Below are positions 19,722-29,203 of a DNA stretch of 64,000 nt, piece by piece. The notes below the pieces were generated by a model. It worked only from the letters and a program-made list of their open reading frames with translations. It made no database searches and was not told the DNA's origin. The position numbers were made by a program, and so were the translations under genes. Location: assembly GCA_963666835.2 (NCBI GenBank), contig CAXXGO010000003.1, forward strand, positions 288,001 to 352,000. Reading direction: 5' to 3'. This DNA comes from Phycisphaerae bacterium (GTDB lineage: Bacteria > Planctomycetota > Phycisphaerae > UBA1845). Numbering within the stretch: the first letter of the stretch is position 1; the number at the start of each line of letters is the position of its first letter.

Positions 19722-21476
19722 ATGGGGGCGGACTTGGAACTTACCAGGCTGGTTGCGATTGAGACCCTGCAGAAGTTACAGGACCGATTCGCCGTTCTGG
19801 GTCGTGTGACGGTTTGTTTGCGTACCGTAGACGGTCGCCCGGTTACCGAGCCGACCTGGGGCAGTCGTTTCTCCGAGTTGATCGGGACTTCTCTGCGCGG
19901 TCGCCGGGAGTTTGCCGTAGGGACCCGTGCCTGCGCGGTAGGTGCCAACGATCAAGCGGATTTGGTGGTCAACGACGGGATGACCCTGTACGCCACTCCG
20001 ATAGAGCACGACGGAGCATCGCTTGCCGTAATCGTTGTGGGTACCAGGGATCCCGTGCCGCCGGGACCGCAGGCCGTGACGCTGCTTGCGGAGAAGTACG
20101 ACGTCGATTGCGACGAGTTGCTGGAAAGCACGGCATCTTTGGATCCCTATAGCGGCGGGGCACCGACGGACATACGCCAGTTTGCCGACACGCTCGCCGA
20201 GACGATCGCCACGATGTACGGGCAGGCCCGGCGGATCGAACGACAGCTTGCGGACCTGCGCACCGTACATGAACTATCGCAACGCCTCGCCGACAAGGAC
20301 GACGTACAGGACATCCTCGACGCCACCGTCCGCCGGGTCGTCGAGGTTATGCCCGTCAAAGCGTGCGGGATCCGCTTGTTGAAAGAAGACACCGGTGAAC
20401 TGGTGATCAAGGCCGTGTGCAACCTGTCTGCCGAGTACCTCCAGAAAGGGCCGGTGACGCTGCACGACAACGCTATCGATACGGCGGCGGTAGCCGGCAA
20501 GACCGTTTATGTCGAGAATGTGCAAACCGACCCGCGGACGCGGTATCCGGACAACGCTCGCCGCGAGGGGATCGTTAGCGGATTATGCGTGCCGATGACG
20601 TATCGCGGTCAGACCGTCGGAGTAATCCGCGCCTACACGTCCCGCCCGTACGTGTTTAGTAACTCAGAGATGACACTCCTGCGGTCACTCGGATCGCAGA
20701 CCGCGTCCGCAGTCATCAACACGAGGTTGTACGAAGAGCAGGTGGCCGCGGAGCGATTCCAGCGCCAGGTCAAGACCGCCGGTGAGATTCAGCGGCGCAT
20801 GCTGCCGAAATCCCCGCCGGATCACCCGGGGCTGGATTTCGGCAAGGTCTACATCCCGACTCTGCAGGTAGGGGGGGATTTCTTTGACTTCATCGAGTTG
20901 CCCGACGGTCACCTGGGAGTGTGTATCGCGGATGTGGTAGGCAAAGGGTTGCCGGCTGCGCTGATGATGGCCTCGGTGCGGGCAGCTTGGCGGGTTCGGG
21001 CAACGGGGGTGGATGATCTCGAAGCCACCGTTTCCGCAGTTAATCGGCACATGTCGCGCGACACGCTGGTGGGCGAGTTTGCGACGGTCTTCTACGGGGT
21101 CTTCTCTCCTGATGGGCGGTCACTGGCGTACTGTAACGCGGGTCACCCGCCTCCGCTTCTGTTGAGGGGCGATCAGTTGGATGAGCTTTCCGTCGGCGGG
21201 CTGGTTCTGGGGGTGGATCCGGACGCCGCATTCGTCCGCGGCACCCGCGATATTCTGCCCGGGGACATCATCGTCATGACCACCGACGGGGTAACCGAGG
21301 CAATGGATTTTGAGGGGCAGGCGTTCGGCAACGATCGGCTCGTTGCCTCGATCCGTAAGCACCGTGCTCTCGGCGCCGAACAGCTCGCCCAACAGTTGCT
21401 CTGGGATGTTCGCCGGTTTGCCGGGTTGGCGGACCAGTCGGACGACATCACCATTGTCGTGGTCAAGGCGGTCTGA
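19722..21476 (+). CDS. PocR-like sensor + GAF + SpoIIE (PP2C) serine phosphatase
   Basis: LQKLQDRF N-terminal PocR-like region, central GAF, VGGDFFD, IADVVGKG, TDGVTEA, DDIT; start may be 19680. Confidence 0.85.
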   Translation: MGADLELTRLVAIETLQKLQDRFAVLGRVTVCLRTVDGRPVTEPTWGSRFSELIGTSLRGRREFAVGTRACAVGANDQADLVVNDGMTLYATPIEHDGASLAVIVVGTRDPVPPGPQAVTLLAEKYDVDCDELLESTASLDPYSGGAPTDIRQFADTLAETIATMYGQARRIERQLADLRTVHELSQRLADKDDVQDILDATVRRVVEVMPVKACGIRLLKEDTGELVIKAVCNLSAEYLQKGPVTLHDNAIDTAAVAGKTVYVENVQTDPRTRYPDNARREGIVSGLCVPMTYRGQTVGVIRAYTSRPYVFSNSEMTLLRSLGSQTASAVINTRLYEEQVAAERFQRQVKTAGEIQRRMLPKSPPDHPGLDFGKVYIPTLQVGGDFFDFIELPDGHLGVCIADVVGKGLPAALMMASVRAAWRVRATGVDDLEATVSAVNRHMSRDTLVGEFATVFYGVFSPDGRSLAYCNAGHPPPLLLRGDQLDELSVGGLVLGVDPDAAFVRGTRDILPGDIIVMTTDGVTEAMDFEGQAFGNDRLVASIRKHRALGAEQLAQQLLWDVRRFAGLADQSDDITIVVVKAV

Positions 21477-21522
21477 GCCCCTGTTGCCCGGGATCGCCGT
21501 CGATTGTCTGGCCCGGCGGCGT

Positions 21523-22518
21523 TTAGTCCGGCTCCTGCTCGACGACCTCGTGAAGGAAGTCCGACACAACTCGCAGAAAACGCAGAGGCTCTTCAAAGAA
21601 CGGAGCATGCCCGCTTTGCTCAAAGAAGACCAGGCGAGCGTTGGGCAAAGCCGTAGCGATTTCAACTTGGTTCACCGGAGGGCAGATTCGATCGTGACGG
21701 CCACCGAGAATCAACGACGGTCCGGTGAAGTTGCCCAATTCCGACAGCAGTTCAACATCCCGTAGAGTACCGTCCAACGTCCACTCCGGATCGGACCCGA
21801 TCATCATGTGATAGACGTTACGATTGAAACCGACGGTCTTTGGATCTCGGTATTCGGTGAACTGGCCGATCACCCGCTCCCGGCTCTCGATATCGAACAG
21901 GTAGAGGGCGTCGAGCTCGTCGAACATGGCGGCTAGGCGGGGCTCACTGGTTAAGTGTCCCGCATCGTGCAACTCGGCGATCTGCAGCCAGCGTTTCGGA
22001 TAATGATGCCTCAGAAACTGCTTGACACCGTCAATATTACGATCCTGCCAGACTCGCGCCCCGTGGACCCCAGCGGTCGTAATCAAGGCCAGCGTATGCT
22101 GCGAATACCGGCTGGCGTAAGCCATGGCCACCATACTGCCGTAGGAGTGTCCGTACACTATGATCCGCTCTGCGCCCAACGCCCGGCGCACCGCTTCTAC
22201 ATCTCTTAAGTCATTCTCAAGCGTATAGGCGTTCGGGCGATCGCTCACATTCTCAGAGCGACCCCGCCCGCGGTTGTGAAGAAACACGAGCCGGCCGCAC
22301 GATTGCAGCAACGTATGAGTGTAGCGGAGGCCGTTGCCGCTCCCTCCCGGGCCACCGGCGATGATGACAATCGGCACGCCCGCGCCCATCGTATCGTAGT
22401 ACACGCGTACGCCATCGTCGGTCGTCGCGTACTCCGCCTCCGCTGTCGGAGCGAACGCCACTCCCGAGAGAATCGCCAGGCACACGCACAAACCGGGTCG
22501 GTGAGGTTGTTGCCGCAT
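21523..22518 (-). CDS. Secreted alpha/beta hydrolase (proline iminopeptidase-like)
   Basis: Signal peptide, GGPG oxyanion motif, GHSYG nucleophile elbow, GRHD, SGHAPF. Confidence 0.85.
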   Translation of the reverse strand: MRQQPHRPGLCVCLAILSGVAFAPTAEAEYATTDDGVRVYYDTMGAGVPIVIIAGGPGGSGNGLRYTHTLLQSCGRLVFLHNRGRGRSENVSDRPNAYTLENDLRDVEAVRRALGAERIIVYGHSYGSMVAMAYASRYSQHTLALITTAGVHGARVWQDRNIDGVKQFLRHHYPKRWLQIAELHDAGHLTSEPRLAAMFDELDALYLFDIESRERVIGQFTEYRDPKTVGFNRNVYHMMIGSDPEWTLDGTLRDVELLSELGNFTGPSLILGGRHDRICPPVNQVEIATALPNARLVFFEQSGHAPFFEEPLRFLRVVSDFLHEVVEQEPD

Positions 22519-22580
22519 CCGAGCGGGCCCTCCAAATGGTCCCCGTTTTGAGACGCGAATGTCAGCGGCTGAGCGGCAGG

Positions 22581-22997
22581 CTACTCGCGCCGGTCCATCG
22601 CGCGAGCCCTGGTTTCCTCGGCCCGTTCCAGCAACTGCTCGGATGAGGGGGCCTCCTGTTCTTCCAGCGTGAAATGCCGCCGGTGGGCATCGTGAACATG
22701 CCCTGGCCAGAGAACCTCGGCGAAGAAGTCGATCGGCACGAGCTGATACCACGGCGGCTTCACCTTCCAATGGGTTTTGAGCGTTTTAAAGCCATCTTTG
22801 CGGACGATGACATCGTAGTCCCCGTACCAGAGAAAGTCCGTCGTGACCTCACTTCGGCCGATCTCCTGATCATTCAGGAAAACCAGCGCATTGGGAGGTT
22901 CGGTCGTGATGGTCAATGTGCGGCGAACACAGCCTAACAGCCCGGAGACTATCGCCATAAGCAGCACAGTGGACATCAGGGTACGGTGTCGTTTCAT
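22581..22997 (-). CDS. PEGA-domain lipoprotein
   Basis: Lipobox LLGC followed by VRRTLTITTEPPNALVFLND.EIG...YGDY. Confidence 0.8.
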   Translation of the reverse strand: MKRHRTLMSTVLLMAIVSGLLGCVRRTLTITTEPPNALVFLNDQEIGRSEVTTDFLWYGDYDVIVRKDGFKTLKTHWKVKPPWYQLVPIDFFAEVLWPGHVHDAHRRHFTLEEQEAPSSEQLLERAEETRARAMDRRE

Positions 22998-23036
22998 CGG
23001 CGCTACCTCATCTGTCAAAAAGAGCCTCCGGTGGGA

Positions 23037-23537
23037 CTACCCGCCGGGGTACTCGCCGGCGTCGTTCAACTCATAAACGCGAGCCGACGGGCCGCGTGTA
23101 TCCAGGACCGCAACCGTGGCCCGGCCGGTTACCCATCCGCAACACTCGCCGGGGTTCAGGAGAAGCGTCCCGCGCTCCGACCGATTCATCGCATCATGGG
23201 TATGCCCCGTGATGACAATATCCGCGGCGTCAACGTCCGCGCTCTCGCACGCGTCAAGAGAATGGTGCATCAGAATTGCCCGATCGTCCAGAGCCAGACG
23301 AAGCGGGCCGTCCTGAATCTGTGGAAGCACCGCTCGCAGACCCTCGCGTTCGCCATCGTTGTTGCCGTACACGACGTAAAGAGGGCCGGCAAAGCCCAGC
23401 AGGCGGCGAGCCGCAAAAGGAGCGACCAAATCGCCGGCGTGAAGCAGCGCCGCGACCCGCTGCTCGCGGAACAGTTTCAGCGCGGCTTCGATTAGCGGAA
23501 GACGATCATGGGTATCCGACAGCACGCCAACACGCAT
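23037..23537 (-). CDS. YfcE-type metallophosphoesterase
   Basis: SDTHD, HAGD, GNND, GHTH, NPGE; RBS AAGGAG. Confidence 0.88.
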   Translation of the reverse strand: MRVGVLSDTHDRLPLIEAALKLFREQRVAALLHAGDLVAPFAARRLLGFAGPLYVVYGNNDGEREGLRAVLPQIQDGPLRLALDDRAILMHHSLDACESADVDAADIVITGHTHDAMNRSERGTLLLNPGECCGWVTGRATVAVLDTRGPSARVYELNDAGEYPGG

Positions 23538-23704
23538 GGCCAAGCTCCTTGGGTATGCGTGTTGTACATCGGCACCTCCGGGTTGCCAACCGGCGGCAGG
23601 ATTGTGCTCCTGTGAGGGGATGCACGAGAGCCGGCCCCCGATTCGCGAGTGACGAATCGAGGGCCGGCACAGTCCAAACGCCGACTACTTGAGCGGTCTA
23701 CCCG

Positions 23705-26700
23705 CTACGGGCAAGTCTCCGGAGGAATGAACGGGTATACCGCCCCTGCGAACCCGCTCACGATCCGCTGCACGTCGGTCATGTTCATAACCGCGTTGGG
23801 CGTCAATCCATCCACGTCGACCCAGACCAGCGGCGGTGCGCTGGGAGACGCCGAGAACCGCTGGAGCGCCGCTTGGATGTCGCTCATGTTCACGATACCG
23901 TTCGGCCCCGTCCAAGCGCCGGTGAAAGAGCCTACGCAGTCGGCCCAGTATTTGGGAGCAGGCAGCGAGATTGTAGGTACCGTTAGCGCCGCCGAGTAGT
24001 GCGACTCGTCGGCCGGATCACCCGTGATGTCCAGCGCCTGCACCTCGTAGGTCATAACCGGCGCAATACCGCAGTCACCAACGTGGATTACCGCAGGCTC
24101 GGTCGACCAATCCGTGTAATACGGCGAAGTGTCCAGCCGGAAGATGTCCGCCGGATCTCCCGCCTGATGGGCCTTCACCCACCATTGGGTGCCGGTTGAC
24201 GTGTGCGTGACTCTCAGAGCCACTTGTGAGCCCGCGTTGCCCGGCATGAAGGAGATGTAGCGGTTCTTGGGCACCGCGTCCGGTTCGGGATCCGGTGGGT
24301 CAGGCACTTCCTGGAGATTGGCGCTGGTGATTCTAAACGCCATGTCACTCCAATACGTCGGCTGGGAGCCGAACCCGACCGAAATCCAGGATCCGGGGGG
24401 AATGGTCTGCTCGGCGGCCGGGCAGATGATCGGAGTCTCCGTCCGCTGCATCTCCTGCCATTTCCAGAGCACCGGAGCGCCAACATCAAGCGACAGAGCT
24501 GAAATATCCAGCCAGTAGATCTCACCCTGAATCTGCTCGAACGGTACTTCGAGGAAGTACTCGTACAGGAAGATGGGCTCGCCCTGGTTATTTACCAGTC
24601 CGGTCGGGAACTCGTAGAACTGTCCGACCATGATGTCGACGCCCCAGATCTCCGGACCCGGCAAGCACCACGGCTCACCGGGGAGGTTCGGGTGGATGCT
24701 GAGATGGAAGCCGGCCAACGGTCCCGCACCGGGAGACGCCTCGTATGAGCCCCACCAATGGATGTCGGTGACGAGTCCACCCTCGCAGATCCACTGATCG
24801 GCGATGATTATCTGACCACCGGCGTAGTCGTGGGCATGCAGACCCGAGTATTCCGTGCTGACGGGCTGATCCCACTTGATTAGTTCGCAGGCGTCGTCGA
24901 TCGTGTTGCCGTTAATATCGCCGAGGCACACGGAGCCGGGACCGCGGGACGCTCCGCCCAGATCCGCACAACAGAGCGGATCCAAATCAGCGCAGGTGCC
25001 GTTGCCGAAGCAGCACGCCTCGGGAACGGTACACATGCTGCCCGGCCCCATGGACGTTCCGCCAAGGTCGTCACAGCAAAGCGGGTCGGTATCCACACAC
25101 TCGCCCGTCGGCAGGCAACAGGCAACGGTCGTGTCCGTGCAGCCCGTCTGCGGACCCTGCGGAGTTCCACCGAGATCTACGCAGCACAGCGGATCCAGGT
25201 CCTCACACACTCCGTGATCGAAGCAACAGGCCTCCGGCTCGGTGCAAACCGTTGAGTTACCCTGCGGAGTACCGCCTTGCTCATCACAACAGAGCGGGTC
25301 AAGCATCACACACGTGCCGTCAGTCAGACAGCATGCCTCTTCCACCGTGCAAGTTGTTGAAGCACCTTGTGGCACGCCGCCCATTACCTGGCTGCAGCAG
25401 TCGGGATCCGCCATCACGCAGGTGCCGTCGCTGAGGCAGCAAGCCTCTTCCGGCGAACAGACCGTGCCACTGCCAAGAGGCGCACCGCCCAGCTCCAGAA
25501 CACAGCACAACGCATCTACATCAACGCAACCGCCACCCTGCGGGAGACAGCAGGCCTCGATACCCCGACAGAGAACGCCGGCGCCCTCGAACACTCCTCC
25601 TTGACTTGCACAGTCCGCGGCGGTCGTTTGAATGCAGGTGTTGTCGCCGAGGCAGCATGCTCCCTCCGGCTCACCTTCTGAAGTCAATACGAAGGCCAGG
25701 TCCCACCCCAACTCGATCGGATACCCGTCCCAGAACTCACTGCCGATCCACGGATCCGTCGGATCCGTGATTCGAATGGCATCGTCCATGAAGTAGTGCT
25801 CGCGAGTCTTCCAACCCCAGGGGAAATCGTACGGGGTGAGGTAGATCGCCCCAATGCTGATCCAATAGATCGTCGAAGCGGGGCCCTGATGGAACCACTC
25901 GCCCTCCGGAATGAAGAAGTCGTATCGGAAGCAACTGTCGACATCGACCATGTGCGTCGGCTCATAATCGCAACCTACCAAACGCTCGTTCAGATCCGCC
26001 CGATCTACGACCCATTCGTGAATCATCACCCCGGGGTGGCTCCACGGCTGGTCCACACCCGCGGGTACATCCGTCCAGATTCCGATGTGGAACTGGACCG
26101 GAGCCTGTGGGGGAGGCTCAATGTCCGCCCAGGCCCGGTACGAACCCCACCAGTGGATATCTGTGATGGGCCTTGGGTCGGTGCAGAGCCAATCATCCGC
26201 CAGTAGTTGCATTCCCCAATACTCTGACGGTTCGTCCCAGCCCCAGAAGCACTCCGGATACGGGGAGGCCGGGTTGAACATCGGTGGCTGAGACCACTTC
26301 AACTCGCGGCAGACGACGTCCTGGCAGGTCGTGCCCTGCCCCTGTGGATCGCCCCCGAGGGCAACGCAATCGTCATGCGTTATGTCGTTGCACGTGCCAT
26401 CAGGCAAGCAGCAAGCCTGCGGCAACTGCGGTGTCTGGCACGCGTCGTCCACTAAGTCCCCGTTACCGTCACCCAGGCACATCGTGCCGCCGCCTTGTGC
26501 CGTCCCACCCAGGGCAGCTCCGCAGCACATCGAATCAGCGTCCATGCAACCATACGGGAGGAAGCCGTCGCAGCAGGCCTCGATACTCCCCGCACAGACT
26601 GCGCCGGAAACCACAACCCCACCCGCCTCGTCACAGCAAAGCGGGTCGAGCATTCGACAGGCTCCGTCGCCCAGGCAGCACGCCTCCACCGTTCCGGTGC

Positions 26701-27274
26701 ACATCGCGCCTTGCGGGATGCCGCCGATTGCCACGCAATCACCGGCATCGATGTCGATGCAAGTTCCGTCCGGCAGACAGCAGCCATCCACCGCCCGCGG
26801 GGGCGTAACCCAGTGGTGCCCCGCGCCGCCGGCGTTTAGAAGGCCTTGTACGAAGACGCCGGGCAGCGGAAAGAACTCGTTCTCCGGGAAGCACGCCAAC
26901 AGGGACGGGAATGCCGTCCACGGATAAGGCTCGATGCTCTCAAGCAGGATAGGATCCGGAGAATCCAGAATCAGCTCGGTCCCACCATCGACCGGCGTGA
27001 ACACGAACCTCGGGTACACGTAGATTCCACCGCCCTCCATGCTATTGAAGGTGTATAGCCCCGAGTCGATCCCATCCCAGTAGATCATCATACTGCCCGA
27101 CGACGGCGTCGCCGGGTTGATCGTCACGAACACATCGAAGAAAGAGTCGATCCCACCGTCGTAGGTCACAACGATGGGCTCGAGGCTGACCAAGCTTAAT
27201 TCCACCATCTCGATCGGAACCAAGGCCGGGCCGGGATACAAAGCCTCGGTCAAGCGATTGACCAGGGTGCTCAC
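23705..27274 (-). CDS. Large Cys-rich surface protein, main part (frameshifted from 27271-27606)
   Basis: 11 xACC..DG.C...DP.CC..GG repeats in two blocks; two KW.QP...TDIHWWGSY domains; C-terminal NRY + dockerin-like module; lacks its own signal peptide. Confidence 0.75.
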   Translation of the reverse strand: MSTLVNRLTEALYPGPALVPIEMVELSLVSLEPIVVTYDGGIDSFFDVFVTINPATPSSGSMMIYWDGIDSGLYTFNSMEGGGIYVYPRFVFTPVDGGTELILDSPDPILLESIEPYPWTAFPSLLACFPENEFFPLPGVFVQGLLNAGGAGHHWVTPPRAVDGCCLPDGTCIDIDAGDCVAIGGIPQGAMCTGTVEACCLGDGACRMLDPLCCDEAGGVVVSGAVCAGSIEACCDGFLPYGCMDADSMCCGAALGGTAQGGGTMCLGDGNGDLVDDACQTPQLPQACCLPDGTCNDITHDDCVALGGDPQGQGTTCQDVVCRELKWSQPPMFNPASPYPECFWGWDEPSEYWGMQLLADDWLCTDPRPITDIHWWGSYRAWADIEPPPQAPVQFHIGIWTDVPAGVDQPWSHPGVMIHEWVVDRADLNERLVGCDYEPTHMVDVDSCFRYDFFIPEGEWFHQGPASTIYWISIGAIYLTPYDFPWGWKTREHYFMDDAIRITDPTDPWIGSEFWDGYPIELGWDLAFVLTSEGEPEGACCLGDNTCIQTTAADCASQGGVFEGAGVLCRGIEACCLPQGGGCVDVDALCCVLELGGAPLGSGTVCSPEEACCLSDGTCVMADPDCCSQVMGGVPQGASTTCTVEEACCLTDGTCVMLDPLCCDEQGGTPQGNSTVCTEPEACCFDHGVCEDLDPLCCVDLGGTPQGPQTGCTDTTVACCLPTGECVDTDPLCCDDLGGTSMGPGSMCTVPEACCFGNGTCADLDPLCCADLGGASRGPGSVCLGDINGNTIDDACELIKWDQPVSTEYSGLHAHDYAGGQIIIADQWICEGGLVTDIHWWGSYEASPGAGPLAGFHLSIHPNLPGEPWCLPGPEIWGVDIMVGQFYEFPTGLVNNQGEPIFLYEYFLEVPFEQIQGEIYWLDISALSLDVGAPVLWKWQEMQRTETPIICPAAEQTIPPGSWISVGFGSQPTYWSDMAFRITSANLQEVPDPPDPEPDAVPKNRYISFMPGNAGSQVALRVTHTSTGTQWWVKAHQAGDPADIFRLDTSPYYTDWSTEPAVIHVGDCGIAPVMTYEVQALDITGDPADESHYSAALTVPTISLPAPKYWADCVGSFTGAWTGPNGIVNMSDIQAALQRFSASPSAPPLVWVDVDGLTPNAVMNMTDVQRIVSGFAGAVYPFIPPETCP

Positions 27275-27606
27275 CGCTCCGGATACCCTGGAAGCGGCTC
27301 GCCGCGAAGGACGACAGTGCCCTCAAACGGGTCCGAACCGGGACCGAAGAAATCGGCGGGAATCGGCGGCACCTCGTTCGCACCCATGCCGAAGACGACA
27401 AACGTCGGCGTCGGGGTCCCGTCGGGCAACTGGGCCGAAGTCTCCCAGCAGTCCTGGCCCGGAGGAATAATCTGCGCGTGCGCCCCGGAGGCCGCCGCTA
27501 ACAGAACGATTGCGAGTAGGCCGAGAGCTCTCGGGCCCCACCCGGTGAAGCGTTGCCCGAGAGAGCTTCCTCTCGGACGGCAATAGGTAAACTCCTGGAT
27601 TGACAT
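27271..27606 (-). CDS. N-terminal signal-peptide-bearing segment of the large Cys-rich protein
   Basis: RBS GAGGAAGGAG; signal ...LLAAASGAHA|Q; PIPADFFGPGSDPFEG; stop overlaps the downstream frame. Confidence 0.65.
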   Translation of the reverse strand: MSIQEFTYCRPRGSSLGQRFTGWGPRALGLLAIVLLAAASGAHAQIIPPGQDCWETSAQLPDGTPTPTFVVFGMGANEVPPIPADFFGPGSDPFEGTVVLRGEPLPGYPER

Positions 27607-27769
27607 GACTGACTCCTTCCTCACTTGTCACGTTTGCCAACGGGCAGAATGGCGACGACAGACTATGGACGCTTGCCACGGCGTTCGCACCAGACGATCG
27701 AACCCGGTTCGTACAACGCCGACCGTAATCCGTAACAGAGAGGGCGCCGGAGCGCATCCCCTCTGAACC

Positions 27770-27789
27770 TCTATAGACGCGTCTATAGA
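27770..27789. promoter_or_regulatory. Perfect 20-bp palindrome, candidate operator
   Basis: TCTATAGACGCGTCTATAGA, ~165 bp upstream of ATG 27606. Confidence 0.5.
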
Positions 27790-28145
27790 CTTCCTGACGC
27801 GCAGGCGGACCGATTTCTCGGGCGGCAGACGGGACTGACGCGACACGCGCACACCACCCCCGAACAGCGGCCAAACACGACGGATTTGCTCCATTCGTCG
27901 AAGTCGCCCCGGTCCATCATTTGATTAGTATCCCAGATTGCTCACCCTCATGTAAAGAGAAATCGCCAAGACGCTTGTATTGTCGGGAGTTCGCCGGCAA
28001 TCACCAGCATTTCCTTCTCTACTGATACGGGTCGGCGGCCGGATCTGGCGGTATGCGAACCTACCCGGTCGGGTCGCTGAAATTCAGAGCGAGTGGAACT
28101 GTGCGATTGTTCTTCATGTCGGGCAAGAACCGGAGAATCTGCATG

Positions 28146-28817
28146 TTAATGCAGCTCTGCTGACGGGCAGAGGGCCGAAAGCTCGCATTCTCGGCAGCGC
28201 GGAGCGCGTGCAGTGCAAACTAGACGGCCGTGCAGGATCAGAGCGTGCCCCAGAAAGGTCCATTGCCGACGCGGGATGATCTTCATCAGATCCTGCTCGA
28301 TCTTGACGGCATCCTTCCCGTTCTTGCTGGTCCACGTGAGCCCCAACCGAGTAGCCAACCGCCCGACGTGGGTGTCTACGACCATCCCTTCGTTGATCCC
28401 GAAGGCCGTTCCGAGGACTACGTTGGCGGTCTTTCTGGCCACTCCCGGCAGAGCGGTCAACTCCGCCATCGTGCTGGGGACATGTCCATCGAAGTCCTCG
28501 ACGATCTTGCGGCTTGCTTCCTGGATACTCTTGGCCTTCTGCCGGAAGAACCCTGTCGACCGAACGAGCTCCTCGACCTTCTCGCGAGGAGCCTCCGCCA
28601 GCGATTGCGCATCCCGGAAACGCTTGAACAGGACCGGTGTCACCTGATTGACAGTTCGATCTGTGGACTGAGCCGACAGAATCGTCGCCACCAGGAGCTG
28701 CCAAGGGTTGTCATGTGCGAGGGCGCAGTCCGCTTCCGGATACAGTTTGTGCAAACCGCTTAAGACCCTTCCGGCCCGCCTTTTGCGCGATTCGGCGGTT
28801 TCTGTACTCGCGGGCAT
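28146..28817 (-). CDS. nth: Endonuclease III
   Basis: LLVATILSAQSTD, LPGVARKTAN (HhH), VDTH, CTARAPRCRECELSALC 4Fe-4S motif. Confidence 0.95.
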   Translation of the reverse strand: MPASTETAESRKRRAGRVLSGLHKLYPEADCALAHDNPWQLLVATILSAQSTDRTVNQVTPVLFKRFRDAQSLAEAPREKVEELVRSTGFFRQKAKSIQEASRKIVEDFDGHVPSTMAELTALPGVARKTANVVLGTAFGINEGMVVDTHVGRLATRLGLTWTSKNGKDAVKIEQDLMKIIPRRQWTFLGHALILHGRLVCTARAPRCRECELSALCPSAELH

Positions 28818-29203
28818 TGTTGTCTGCCTCCTTGGGGTGGATTCGCTCAAGAGCCGCAACGGAACTCGACCAACTCCCCCGTCCCGTTGAAGCCCGCCGA
28901 CTTCACGGGCGTTGCGTGTTTGTCCGACTCCGAATACTCATTCGGCTGACCGCGTTCTCTCCGAACCACTCGGCTCGTTTGGCCCGGCTTACCCACATCT
29001 AAGCTCCCGGCTGCCGATAAGGTGAACCTGAGCAGCGCAAGGTCGGCATGGTACCGTACGACGTCGCGGATGGATATCGCCTTGGTCACCGATACGGACT
29101 TTCACCCGGCAGCCTCTCGCTGGTCAAGATTGCGGGCGATGGTTAGTCTACTCAACTTTCGGGAGTGGAGGCGGGACTCTGCCTTGTTTTGAGAGTCAAT
29201 CTG

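Noticed and set aside
27271..27273. TGA as selenocysteine or readthrough codon
   Set aside because: Same frame hits another stop six codons later; the continuation is in a different frame
28847..29089. 80-aa ORF between nth and the histidine kinase
   Set aside because: No RBS or recognisable motif; probably the divergent promoter region
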